From the NCBI RefSeq assembly GCF_009914755.1, contig NC_060925.1: a stretch of DNA of 64,000 nucleotides; one strand, written 5' to 3'. Below the pieces are notes generated by a model. It worked only from the letters and a program-made list of their open reading frames with translations, ran no database searches and was not told the DNA's origin. The DNA is from the human T2T-CHM13v2.0 reference genome, Homo sapiens. The translations under genes and the position numbers were made by a program. Positions 1 through 13,298 of this stretch are shown piece by piece. The number at the start of each line of letters is the position of its first letter. The stretch's first letter is position 1.

Positions 1-3000
1 CGAATGGAAACACCACCGTATTGAAACGAAGGGAATTATCATGAAATTGAAATGGATGGACTCATCATCGAATGGATTCGAATGGAATCATCGAACGAAA
101 TTGATTGTAATCATCATCAAATGGAATTGAATGGAATCATTGAATGGAATCGAATGGAATCATCATCAGATGGAAATGAATGGAATCATCATAGAATGGA
201 ATCGCATGGATTCATTGAATGGAATCAGATGGAATCATCGAATGGACTTGAATGGAATCGATGAATGGACTCGAATGGAATCATTATGGAATGGAATTGA
301 ATGGAATCATCGAATGGTCTCGAATGGAATCATTATCAAATGGAATCGAATGGAATCACCGAATAGAATCGAATGGAACAATCATCGAATGGACTCAAAT
401 GGAATTATCCTCAAATGGAATCGAATGGAATTATCGAATGCAATCGAATGGAATAATCGAATGCAATCGAATAGAATCATCGAATGGACTTGAAAGGAAT
501 CATCGATTGAAATGGAATGGAATAGTCAATGAACTCGAATGGAATCATCATTGAATGGAATCATCGAGTGGAATCGAATGGAATCATGATCAAATGGAAT
601 CGAAAGTAATCATCATCAAATGGAATCAAAATAACCATAATCAATTGGTATTGAATGGAATTGTCATCAAACGGAATTCAATGGAATCATCATCAAATGG
701 AACCGAATGGAATCCTCATTGAATGGAAATGAAAGGAGTCATCATCTAATGGAATCGCATGGAATCATCATCAAATGGAATCGAATGGAATCATCATCAA
801 ATGGAATCTAATGGAATCATTGAATGGAATTGAATGGAATCGTCATCGAATGAATTGAATGCAATCAACGAATGGTCTCTAATGGAACCACCTCCAAATG
901 GAATGGAATGGAATCATCGCATAGAATCGAATGGAATTATCATCGAATGGACCCGAATGGAATCAACATCAAACGGAATCAAACGGAATTATCGAATGGA
1001 ATCGAAGAGAATCATCGAACGGACTCGAATGGAATCATCTAATGGAATGGAATGGAAGAATCCATGGACTCGAATGCAATCATCATCGAATGGAATCGAA
1101 TGGAATCATCGAATGGACTCGAATGGAATAATCATTGAACGGAATCGAATGGAATCATCATCGGATGGAAACGAATGGAATCATCATCGAATGGAATCAA
1201 ATGGGATCATCAAAAGGAATCAGATGGAATCATCATCAAATGGAATCGAATAGAATTATGGAATGAAATCCAATGTGATCATCACTGAATGGACTCGAAT
1301 GGAATCATCATCCAATGGAAACTAATGGAATCAACATCGAATGGAATCGAATGGAAACACCATCGAATTGAAACGAATGGAATTATCATGAAATTGAAAT
1401 GGATGGACTCATCATCGAATGGATTCGAATGGAATCATCGAATGAAATTGATTGAAATCATCATCAAATGGAATCGAAAGGAATCATTGAATGGAATCGA
1501 ATGGAATCATCATCAGATGGAAATGAATGGAATCATCATAGAATGGAATCGCATGGATTCATTGAATGGAATCAGATGGAATCATCGAATGGACTTGAAT
1601 GGAATCGTTGAATGGACTGGAATGGAATCATTATTGAATGGAATTGAATAGAATCATCGAATGGTCTCGAATGGAATCATTATCAAATGAAGTCGAATGG
1701 AAACACCGAATAGAATCGAATGGAACAATCATCGAATGGACTCAAATGGAATTATCCTCAAATGGAATCAAATGGATTTATCGAATGCAATCGAATGGAA
1801 TTATCGAATGCAATCGAATAGAATCATCGAATGGACTCGAATGGAATCATTGAATGGAATGCAATGGATTAATCCATGGACTCGAATTCAATCACCATCG
1901 AATACAATCGAATGGAGTCATTGAATCGACTCAAATGGAATAATCATTGAATGGAATCGAATGGAATCATCGAGTGGAATCGAATGGAGTCATGATGAAA
2001 TGGAATCGAATGTAATCATCATCAAGTGGAATCAAAAATAAACATCATCAATTGGAATTGAATGGAATTGTCATCAAATGGAATTCAAAGGAATCATCAT
2101 CTAATGGAATCGAATGGAATCCTCATTGAATGGAAATGAAAGGAGTCATCATCTAATGGAATCGCATGGAATCATCATCAAATGGAATCGAATGGAATCA
2201 TCATCAAATGGAATCTAATGGAATCATTGAACGGAATTCAATGGAATTGTCATCGAATGAATTGAATGCAATCAACGAATGGTCTCGAATGGAACCGCCT
2301 CCAAATGGAAAGGAATGGAATCATCGCATAGAATCGAATGGAATTATCATCGAATGGACTCGAATGGAATCAACATCAAACAGAATCAAACGGAATTATC
2401 GAATGGAATCGAAGAGAATCATCGAATGGACTCGAATGGAATCATCTAACGGAATGGAATGGAAGAATCCATGGACTCGAATGCAATCATCATCGAATGG
2501 AATCGAATGGAATCATCGAATGGACTCGAATGGAATAATCATTGAACGGAATCGAATGGAATCATCATCGGATGGAAACGAATGGAATCATCATCGAATG
2601 GAATCGAATGGGATCATCAAATGGAATCAGATGGAATCATCATCAAATGGAATCGAATAGAATTATGGAATGAAATCCAATGTGATCATCATTGAATGGA
2701 CTCGAATGGAATCATCATCCAATGGAAACTAATGGAATCAACATCGAATGGAATCGAATGGAAACAACATCGAATTGAAACGAATGGAATTGTCATGAAA
2801 TTGAAATGGATGGACTCATCATCGAATGGATTCGAATGGAATCATCGAATGAAATTGATTGAAATCATCATCAAATGGAATCGAAAGGAATCATTGAATG
2901 CAATCGAATGGAATCATCATCAGATGGAAATGAATGGAATCATCATAGAATGGAATCACATGGATTCATTGAATGGAATCAGATGGAATCATCGAATGGA

Positions 3001-6000
3001 CTTGAATGTAATCGTTGAATGGACTCGAATGGAATCATTATTGAATGGAATTGCATAGAATCATCGAATGGTCTCGAATGGAATCATTATCAAATGAAGT
3101 CGAATGGAATCACCGAATAGAATCGAATGGAACAATCATTGAATGGACTCAAATGGAAGTATCCTCAAATGGAATCAAATGGATTTATCGAATGCAATCG
3201 AATGGAATTATCGAATGCAATCGAATAGAATCATCGAATGGACTCGAATGGAATCATCGAATGGAATGCAATAGATTAATCCATGGACTCGAATTCAATC
3301 ACCATCGAATACAATCGAATGGAGTCATCGAATCGACTCAAATGGAATAATCATTGAATGGAATCGAATGGAATCATCGAGTGGAATCGAATGGAATCAT
3401 GATCAAATGGAATCGAATGTAATCATCATCAAATGGAATCAAAAATAAACATCATCAATAGGTCTTGAATGGAATTGTCATCAAACGGAATTCAAAGGAA
3501 TCATCATCAAATGGAACCGAATGGAATCCTCATTGAATGGAAATGAAAGGAGTCATCATCTAATGGAATCGCATGGAATCATCATCAAATGGAATCGAAT
3601 GGAATCGTCATTAAATGGAATCTAATGGAATCATTGAACGGAATTGAATGGAATCGTCATCGAATGAATTCAATGCAATCAACGAATGGTCTCGAATGGA
3701 ACCACCTCCAAATGGAATGGAATGGAATCATCGCATAGAATCGAATGGAATTATCATCGAATGGATTCGAATGGAATCAACATCAAACGGGATCAAACGG
3801 AATTATCGAATGGAATCGAAGAGAATCATCGAACGGACTCGAATGGAATCATCTAATGGAATGGAATGGAAGAATCCATGGACTCGAATGCAATCATCAT
3901 CGAATGGAATCGAATGGAATCATTGAATGGACTCGAATGGAATAATCATTGAATGGAATCGAATGGAATCATCATCGGATGGAAACGAATGGAATCATCA
4001 AATGGAATCAGATGGAATCATCATCAAATGGAATCGAATAGAATTATGGAATGAAATCCATTGTGATCATCATCGAATGGACTCGAATGGAATCATCATC
4101 CAATGGAAACTAATGGAATCAACATCGAATGGAATCGAATGGAAACTCCATCGAATTGAATCGAATGGAATTATCATGAAATTGAAATGGATGGACTTAT
4201 CATCGAATGGATTCGAATGGAATCATCGAATGAAATTGATTGAAATCATCATCAAATGGAATCGAATGGAATCATTGAATGGAATCGAATGGAATCATCA
4301 TCAGATGGAAATGAATGCAATCATCATAGAATGGAATCGAGTGGATTCATTGAATGGAATCAGATGGAATCATCAAATGGACTTGAATGGAATCATTGAA
4401 TGGACTCGAATGGAATCATTATTGAATGGAATTGAATGGAATCATCGAATGGTCTCGAATGGAATCATTATCAAATGGAATCGAATGGAATCACCGAATA
4501 GAATCGAATGGAACAATCATCGAATGGACTCAAATGGAATTATCCTCAAATGGAATCGAATGGAATTATCGAATGCAATCGAATGGAATAATCGAATGCA
4601 ATCGAATAGAATCATCGAATGGACTTGAAAGGAATCATCGATTGAAATGGAATGGAATAGTCAATGAACTCGAATGGAATCATCATTGAATGGAATCATC
4701 GAGTGGAATCGAATGGAATCATGATCAAATGGAATCGAATGTAATCATCATCAAATGGAATCAAAAATAAACATCATCAATTGGTATTGAATGGAATTGT
4801 CATCAAACGGAATTCAAAGGAATCATCATCAAATGGAACCGAATGGAATCCTCATTGAATGGAAATGAAAGGAGTCATCATCTAATGGAATCGCATGGAA
4901 TCATCATCAAATGGAATCGAATGGAATCATCATCAAATGGAATCTAATGGAATCATTGAACGGAATTGAATGGAATCGTCATCGAATGAATTCAATGCAA
5001 TCAATGAATGGTCTCGAATGGAGCCATCTCCAAATGGAATGGAATGGAATCATCGCATAGAATCGAATGGAATTATAATCGAATGGACTCGAATGGAATC
5101 AACATCAAACGGAATCAAACGGAATTATCGAATAGAATCGAAGAGAATCATCGAACGGACTCGAATGGAATCATCTAATGGAATGGAATGGAAGAATCCA
5201 TGGACTCGAATGCAATCATCATCGAATGGAATCGAATGGAATCATCGAATGGACTCGAATGGAATAATCATTGAACGGAATCGAATGGAATCATCATCGG
5301 ATGGAAACGAATGGAATCATCAAATGGAATCAGATGGAATCATCATCAAATGGAATCGAATAGAATTATGTTATGAAATCCAATGTGATCATCATTGAAT
5401 GGACTCGAATGGAATCATCATCCAATGGAAACTAATGGAATCAACATCGAATGGAATCGAATGGAAACACCATCGAATTGAAACGAATGGAATTATCATG
5501 AAATTGAAATGGATGGACTCATCATCGAATGGATTCGAATGGAATCATCGAATGAAATTGATTGAAATCATCATCAAATGGAATCGAAAAGAATCATTGA
5601 ATGGAATCCAATGGAATCATCATCAGATGGAAATGAATGGAATCATCATAGAATGGAATCGAATGGATTCATTGAGTGAAATCAGATGGAATCATCGAAT
5701 GGACTTGAATGGAATCGTTGAATGGATTCGAATGGAATCATTATTGAATGGAATTGAATAGAATCATCGAATGGTCTCGAATGGAATCATTATCAAATGA
5801 AGTCGAATGGAATCACCGAATAGAATCGAATGGAACAATCATCGAATGGACTCAAATGGAATTATCCTCAAATGGAATCAAATGGATTTATCGAATGCAA
5901 TCGAATGGAATTATCGAATGCAATCGAATAGAATCATCGAATGGACTCGAATGGAATCATCGAGTGGAATGCAATGGATTAATCCATGGACTCGAATTCA

Positions 6001-9000
6001 ATCACCATCGAATACAATCGAATGGAGTCATCGAATCGACTCAAATGCAATAATCATTGAATGGATTCGAATGGAATCATCGAGTGGAATCGAATGGAAT
6101 CATGATCATATGGAATCGAATGTAATCATCATCAGATGGAATCAAAAATAAACATCATTAATTGGTATTGAATGGAATTGTCATCAAATGGAATTCAAAG
6201 GAATCATCATCAAATGGAACCGAATGGAATCCTCATTGAATGGAAATGAAAGGAGTCGTCATCTAATGGAATCGCATGGAATCATCATCAAATGGAATCG
6301 AATGGAATCATCATCAAATGGAATCTAATGGAATCACTGAACGGAATTGAATGGAATCGTCATCGAATGAATTGAATGCAATCAACGAATGGTCTCGAAT
6401 GGAGCCATCTACAAATGGAATGGAATGGAATCATCGCATAGAATCGAATGGAATTATCATCGAATGGACTCGAATGGAATCAACATCAAACGGCATCAAA
6501 CGGAGTTATCGAATGGAATCGAAGAGAATCATCGAACGGGCTCGAATGGAATCATCTAATGGAATGGAATGGAAGAATCTATGGACCCGAATGCAATCAT
6601 CATCGAATGGAATCGAATGGAATCATCGAATGGACTCGAATGGAATAATCATTGAACGGAATCGAATGGAATCATCATCGGATGGAAACGAATGGAATCA
6701 ACATCGAATGGAATCGAATGGGATCATCAAATGGAATCAGATGGAATCATCATCATATGGAATCGAATAGAATTATGGAATGAAATCCAATGTGATCATC
6801 ATTGAATGGACTCGAATGGAATCATCATCCAATGGAAACTAATGGAATCAACATCGAATGGAATTGAATGGAAACACCATCGAATTGAAACGAATGGAAT
6901 TATCATGAAATTGAAATGGATGGACTCATCATCGAATGGATTCGAATGGAATCATCGAATGAAATTGATTGAAATCATCATCAAATGGAATCGAAAGGAA
7001 TCATTGAATGGAATCGAATGGAATCATCATCAGATGGAAATGAATGGAATCATCATAGAATGGAATCGCATGGATTCATTGAATGGAATCAGATGGAATC
7101 ATCGAATGGACTTGAATGGAATCGTTGAATGGACTCGAATGGAATCATTATTGAATGGAATTGAATAGAATCATCGAATGGTCTCGAATGGAATCATTAT
7201 CAAATGAAGTCGAATGGAATCACCGAATAGAATCGAATGGAACAATCATCGAATGGACTCAAATGGAATTATCTTTAAATGGAATCAAATGGATTTATCG
7301 AATGCAATCGAATGGAATTATCGAATGCAATCGAATAGAATCATCAAATGGACTCGAATGGAATCATCGAATGGAATGCAATGGATTAATCTATGGACTC
7401 GAATTCAATCACCATCGAATACAATCGAATGGAGTCATCGAATCGACTCAAATGGAATAATCATTGAATGGAATCGAATGGAATCATCGAGTGGAATCGA
7501 ATGGAATCATGATCAAATGGAATCGAATGTAATCATCATCAAATGGAATCAAAAATAAACATCATCAATAGGTATTGAATGGAATTGTCATCAAACGGAA
7601 TTCAAAGAATCATCATCAAATGGAACCGAATGGAATCCTCATTGAATGGAAATGAAAGGAGTCATCATCTAATGGAATCGCATGGAATCATCATCAAATG
7701 GAATCGAATGGAATCATCATCAAATGGAATCTAATGGAATCATTGAACGGAATGGAATGGAATCGTCATCGAATGAATTCAATGCAATCAATGAATGGTC
7801 TCGAATGGAACCACCTCCAAATGGAATGGAATGGAATCATCGCATAGAATCGAATGGAATTATCATCGAATGGACTCGAATGGAATCAACATCAAACGGA
7901 ATCAAACGGAATTATCGAATGGAATCGAAGAGAATCATCGAACGGACTCGAATGGAATCATCTAATGGAATGGAATGGAAGAATCCATGGACTCGAATGC
8001 AATCATCATCGAATGGAATCGAATGGAATCATCGAATGGACTCGAATGGAATAATCATTGAACGGAAACGAATGAATCATCATCGGATGGAAACGAATGG
8101 AATGATCATCGAATGGAATCGAATGGGATCATCAAATGGAATCAGATGGAATCATCATCAAATGGAATCCAATAGAATTATGGAATGAAATCCAATGTGA
8201 TCATCATTGAATGGACTCGAATGGAATCATCATCCAATGGAAACTAATGGAATCAACATCGAATGGAATCGAATGGAAACACCATCGAATTGAAACGAAT
8301 GGAATTATCATGAAATTGAAATGGATGGACTCATCATCGAATGGATTCGAATGGAATCATCGAATGAAATTGATTGAAATCATCATCAAATGGAATCGAA
8401 TGGAATCATTGAATGGAATCCAATGGAATCATCATCAGATGGAAATGAATGGAATCATCATAGAATGGAATCGAATGGATTCATTGAGTGAAATCAGATG
8501 GAATCATCGAATGGACTTGAATGGAATCGTTGAATGGATTCGAATGGAATCATTATTGAATGGAATTGAATAGAATCATCGAATGGTCTCGAATGCAATC
8601 ATTATCAAATGAAGGCGAATGGAATCACCGAATAGAATCGAATGGAACAATCATCGAATGGACTCAAATGGAATTATCCTCAAATGGAATCAAATGGATT
8701 TATCGAATGCAATCGAATGGAATTATCGAATGCAATCGAATAGAATCATCGAATGGACTCGAATGGAATCATCGAATGGAATGCAATGGATTAATCCATG
8801 GACTCGAATTCAATCACCATCGAATACAATCGAATGGAGTCATCGAATCGACTCAAATGGAATAATTATTGAATGGAATCGAATGGAATCATCGAGTGGA
8901 ATCGAATGGAATCATGATCAAATGGAATCGAATGTAATCATCATCAAATGGAATCAAAAATAAACATCATCAATTGGTATTGAATGGAATTGTCATCAAA

Positions 9001-10569
9001 TGGAATTCAAAGGAATCATCATCAAATGGAACCGAATGGAATCCTCATTGAATGGAAATGAAAGGAGTCATCATCTAATGGAATCGCATGGAATCATCAT
9101 CAAATGGAATCGAATGGAATCATCATCAAATGGAATCTAATGGAATCACTGAACGGAATTGAATGGAATCGTCATCGAATGAATTGAATGCAATCAACGA
9201 ATGGTCTCGAATGGAGCCATCTCCAAATGGAATGGAATGGAATCATCGCATAGAATCGAATGGAATTATCATCGAATGGACTCGAATGGAATCAACATCA
9301 AACGGAATCAAACGGAGTTATCAAATGGAATCGAAGAGAATCATCGAACGGGCTCGAATGGAATCATCTAATGGAATGGAATGGAAGAATCCATGGAAGC
9401 GAATGCAATCATCATCGAATGGAATCGAATGGAATCATCGAATGGACTCGAATGGAATAATCATTGAACGGAATCGAATGGAATCATCATCGGATGGAAA
9501 CGAATGGAATCATCATCGAATGGAATCGAATGGGATCATCAAATGGAATCAGATGGAATCATCATCAAATGGAATCGAATAGGATTATGGAATGAAATCC
9601 AATGTGATCATCATTGAATGGACTCGAATGGAATCATCATCCAATGGAAACTAATGGAATCAACATCGAATGGAATCGAATGGAAACACCATCGAATTGA
9701 AACGAATGGAATTATCATGAAATTGAAATGGATGGACTCATCATCGAATGGATTCGAATGGAATCATCGAATGAAATTGATTGAAATCATCATCAAATGG
9801 AATCGAAAGGAATCATTGAATGGAATCGAATGGAATCATCATCAGATGGAAATGAATGGAATCATCATAGAATGGAATCGCATGGATTCATTGAATGGAA
9901 TCAGATGGAATCATCGAATGGACTTGAATGGAATCGTTGAATGGACTCGAATGGAATCATTATTGAATGGAATTGAATAGAATCATCGAATGGTCTCGAA
10001 TGGAATCATTATCAAATGAAGTCGAATGGAATCACCGAATAGAATCGAATGGAACAATCATCGAATGGACTCAAATGGAATTATCTTCAAATGGAATCAA
10101 ATGGATTTATCGAATGCAATCGAATGGAATTATCGAATGCAATCGAATAGAATCATCGAATGGACTCGAATGGAATCATCGAATGGAATGCAATGGATTA
10201 ATCCATGGACTCGAATTCAATCACCATCGAATACAATCGAATGGAGTCATCGAATCGACTCAAATGGAATAATCATTGAATGGAATCGAATGGAATCATC
10301 GAGTGGAATCGAATGGAATCATGATCAAATGGAATCGAATGTAATCATCATCAAATGGAATCAAAAATAAACATCATCAATAGGTATTGAATGGAATTGT
10401 CATCAAACGGAATTCAAAGGAATCATCATCAAATGGAACCGAATGGAATCCTCATTGAATGGAAATGAAAGGAGTCATCATCTAATGGAATCGCATGGAA
10501 TCATCATCAAATGGAATCGAATGGAATCATCATCAAATGGAATCTAATGAAATCATTGAACGGAATTGA
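1..10569 (-). repeat. Irregular, more diverged zone: partial B, A, A, B, chimeric 1381-bp unit, A, A, A
   Basis: A fixed anchor (start of the MESSSNE pseudo-ORF position) recurs at 834, 2241, 3648, 4970, 6351, 7757, 9163 and 10570. Spacings are 1407, 1407, 1322, 1381, 1406, 1406, 1407. Many private substitutions and 1-bp deletions (~629, ~7607, ~8074). Confidence 0.9.
4970..6350 (-). repeat. Chimeric 1381-bp unit (B-type 26-bp deletion, A-type remainder)
   Basis: It reads 'ggaaacgaatggaatcatcaaatggaatcag' (~5304-5333, lacking the 26-bp block) but carries the A-specific 'ttcaatcaccatcgaatacaatc' (~5997). 1407-26=1381. Confidence 0.88.
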
Positions 10570-11866
10570 ATGGAATCGTCAACGAATGAATTGAATGCAC
10601 TCAACGAAAGGTCTCGAATGGAACCACCTCCAAATGGAAAGGAATGGAATCATCGCATAGAATCGAATGGAATTATCATTGAATGGACTCGAATGGAATC
10701 AACATCATACAGAATCAAACGGAATTATCGAATGTAATCGAAGAGAATCATCGAATGGACTCGAATGGAATCATCTAATGGAATGGAATGGAAGAATCCA
10801 TAGTCTCGAATGCAATCATCATCGAATGGAATCGAATGGAATCATTGAATGGACTCGAATGGAATAATCATTGAATGGAATCAAATGGAATCATCATCGG
10901 ATGGAAACGAATGGAATCATCAAATGGAATCAGATGGAATCATCATGAAATGGAATCGAATAGAATTATGGAATGAAATCCATTGTGATCATCATCGAAT
11001 GGACTCGAATGGAATCATCATCCAATGGAAACTAATGGAATCAACATCGAATGGAATCGAATGGAAACTCCATCGAATTGAATCGAATGGAATTATCATG
11101 AAATTGAAATGGATGGACTCATCATCGAATGGATTCGAATGGAATCATCGAATGAAATTGATTGAAATCATCATCAAATGGAATCGAATGGAATCATTGA
11201 ATGGAATCGAATGGAATCATCATCAGATGGAAATGAATGCAATCATCATAGAATGGAATCGAGTGGATTCATTGAATGGAATCAGATGGAATCATCGAAT
11301 GGACTTGAATGGAATCATTGAATGGACTCGAATGGAATCATTATTGAATGGAATTGAATGGAATCATCGAATGGTCTCGAATGGAATCATTATCAAATGG
11401 AATCGAATGGAATCACCGAATAGAATCGAATGGAACAATCATCGAATGGACTCAAATGGAATTATCCTCAAATGGAATCGAATGGAATTATCGAATGCAA
11501 TCGAATGGAATAATCGAATGCAATCGAATAGAATCATCGAATGGACTTGAAGGGAATCATCGATTGAAATGGAATGGAATAGTCAATGAACTCGAATGGA
11601 ATCATCATTGAATGGAATCTTCGAGTGGAATCGAATGGAATCATGATCAAATGGAATCGAATGTAATCATCATCAAATGGAATCAAAAATAACCATCATC
11701 AATTGGTATTGAATGGAATTGTCATCAAACGGAATTCAAAGGAATCATCAACAAATGGAACCGAATGGAATCCTCATTGAATGGAAATGAAAGGAGTCAT
11801 CATCTAATGGAATCGCATGGAATCATCATCAAATGGAATCGAATGGAATCATCATCAAATGGAATC

Positions 11867-11877
11867 TAATGGAATCA
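11867..11877 (+). promoter_or_regulatory. DUX4-type motif TAATGGAATCA (site 1; recurs about once per unit)
   Basis: Exact match to the degenerate DUX4 consensus TAAYBBAATCA within 'ggaatctaatggaatcattg'; also at 809-819 and elsewhere. Binding is inferred, not shown. Confidence 0.45.
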
Positions 11878-11891
11878 TTGAACGGAATTGA

Positions 11892-13298
11892 ATGGAATCG
11901 TCATCGAATGAATTGAATGCAATCAACGAATGGTCTCGAATGGAACCACATCCAAATGGAATGGAATGGAATCATCGCATAGAATCGAATGGAATTATCA
12001 TGGAATGGACCCGAATGGAATCAACATCAAACGGAATCAAACGGAATTATCGAATGGAATCGAAGAGAATCATCGAACGGGCTCGAATGGAATCATCTAA
12101 TGGAATGGAATGGAAGAATCCATGGACTCGAATGCAATCATCATCGAATGGAATCGAATGGAATCATCGAATGGACTCGAATGGAATAATCATTGAACGG
12201 AATCGAATGGAATCATCATCGGATGGAAACGAATGGAATCATCATCGAATGGAATCGAATGGGATCATCAAATGGAATCAGATGGAATCATCATCAAATG
12301 GAATCGAATAGAATTATGGAATGAAATCCAATGTGATCATCATTGAATGGACTCGAATGGAATCATCATCCAATGGAAACTAATGGAATCAACATCGAAT
12401 GGAATCGAATGGAAACACCATCGAATTGAAACGAATGGAATTGTCATGAAATTGAAATGGATGGACTCATCATCGAATGGATTCGAATGGAATCATCGAA
12501 TGAAATTGATTGAAATCATCATCAAATGGAATCGAAAGGAATCATTGAATGCAATCGAATGGAATCATCATCAGATGGAAATGAATGGAATCATCATAGA
12601 ATGGAATCGCATGGATTCATTGAATGGAATCAGATGGAATCATCGAATGGACTTGAATGGAATCGTTGAATGGACTCGAATGGAATCATTATTGAATGGA
12701 ATTGAATAGAATCATCGAATGGTCTCGAATGGAATCATTATCAAATGAAGTCGAATGGAATCACCGAATAGAATCGAATGGAACAATCATCGAATGGACT
12801 CAAATGGAATTATCTTCAAATGGAATCAAATGGATTTATCGAATGCAATCGAATGGAATTATCGAATGCAATCGAATAGAATCATCGAATGGACTCGAAT
12901 GGAATCATCGAATGGAATGCAATGGATTAATCCATGGACTCGAATTCAATCACCATCGAATACAATCGAATGGAGTCATCGAATCGACTCAAATGGAATA
13001 ATCATTGAATGGAATCGAATGGAATCATCGAGTGGAATCGAATGGAATCATGATCAAATGGAATCGAATGTAATCATCATCAAATGGAATCCAAAATAAA
13101 CATCATCAATAGGTATTGAATGGAATTGTCATCAAACGGAATTCAAAGGTATCATCATCAAATGGAACCGAATGGAATCCTCATTGAATGGAAATGAAAG
13201 GAGTCATCATCTAATGGAATCGCATGGAATCATCATCAAATGGAATCGAATGGAATCGTCATTAAATGGAATCTAATGGAATCATTGAACAGAATTGA
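11892..13298 (-). repeat. Representative A unit (1407 bp)
   Basis: Diagnostic motifs: ccacatcc, atcatggaatggacccg, cgggctcg, gggatcatc, ccaatgtg, aattgtcatg, tgaagtcg, ggattaatccatgg, ttcaatcaccatcgaatac. Confidence 0.93.
12381..12391 (+). promoter_or_regulatory. DUX4-type motif TAATGGAATCA (site 2; recurs once per unit)
   Basis: Within 'ggaaactaatggaatcaac'; also at 1323-1333 and elsewhere. Binding is inferred, not shown. Confidence 0.45.

Noticed and set aside
10849-11550. Longest recurring ORF (233 aa) in B units
   Set aside because: It arises because the B-type 26-bp deletion joins two frames. It is truncated in many copies (109, 87, 185, 201 aa) and shows no sign of coding constraint.
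11955-11973. Pure (GGAAT)n runs suggesting HSat3 or HSF1 stress-body satellite
   Set aside because: The runs are only 3-4 pentamers long and embedded in CpG- and ATC-rich HSat2 context, and I saw no extended inverted nGAAn array.
13095-13100. AATAAA hexamer once per A unit as a possible polyadenylation signal
   Set aside because: It is a single-base variant of B's aataacc in AT-rich repeat, with no clear downstream GU-rich element. It cannot be supported without 3'-end RNA data.
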